DNA of 16,344 bases, taken from positions 1 to 16,344 of the forward strand of contig NZ_JAQFIQ010000050.1 of NCBI RefSeq assembly GCF_029504745.1, written 5' to 3'. Positions 16,290 through 16,344 of this stretch are shown piece after piece. This DNA is from Breznakia sp. PF5-3. Its GTDB lineage: Bacteria > Bacillota_I > Bacilli_A > Erysipelotrichales > Erysipelotrichaceae. The notes below the pieces were generated by a model, which saw only the letters and a program-made list of their open reading frames with translations, did not search any database and was not told the origin of the DNA. Each line of letters opens with the position of its first letter. The first letter of the stretch is position 1. Position numbers and translations under genes: made by a program.

Positions 16290-16344
16290 CTTTTTAAAAG
16301 AACTTTTTACTACAAAGTATTTTAAAAAATGAAAAAACAATATA

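Noticed and set aside
16149-16340. 63-aa ORF on the minus strand.
   Set aside because: It lies across the promoter, direct repeats and leader of the downstream gene. It has no RBS and a low-complexity K/F/L-rich composition typical of random AT-rich ORFs.

Overview
This is low-GC, Firmicutes-like DNA (GAGG-type RBSs, AT-rich intergenic regions). It is probably from a gut Erysipelotrichia/Clostridia-type genome, but that is inference only. All family calls come from motifs read in the translations; no database search was possible.

Gene content, left to right:
1. The 3' part of an IS256-family transposase, cut by the window edge, with a plausible right terminal repeat near 884-909.
2. A small HAD phosphatase-like gene.
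3. A stand-alone PRD-domain protein transcribed divergently from a MerR/GyrI-like regulator. A 13-bp palindrome lies over both candidate -35 boxes.
4. An XRE-HTH/S24-peptidase (LexA/CI-like, autocleavable) repressor, divergent from a tightly packed three-gene operon. The operon encodes a TIGR03916-type 'DNA modification/repair' radical SAM protein, its obligate DUF4130/TIGR03915 partner, and an orphan, divergent GroEL-like chaperonin with no groES, no CIRCE element and no GGM tail. The shared control region carries a perfect 8-N4-8 palindrome plus related TACGT half-sites.
5. A ~490-bp AT-rich gap with a terminator-like hairpin.
6. An ECF sigma factor fused in one polypeptide to a transmembrane helix and a ~170-aa extracytoplasmic domain. 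It is followed by a DUF11-repeat surface protein and a 1479-aa multidomain cell-surface GH32 fructanase. Both surface proteins end in a non-canonical sortase-like signal.
7. A convergent DapB-like NAD(P) oxidoreductase (amine-dehydrogenase-like). Its strong promoter is preceded by two perfect 12-bp direct repeats.

The two most interesting candidates are the SOS-like repressor/radical-SAM/DUF4130/chaperonin module and the membrane-tethered sigma plus fructanase surface locus.
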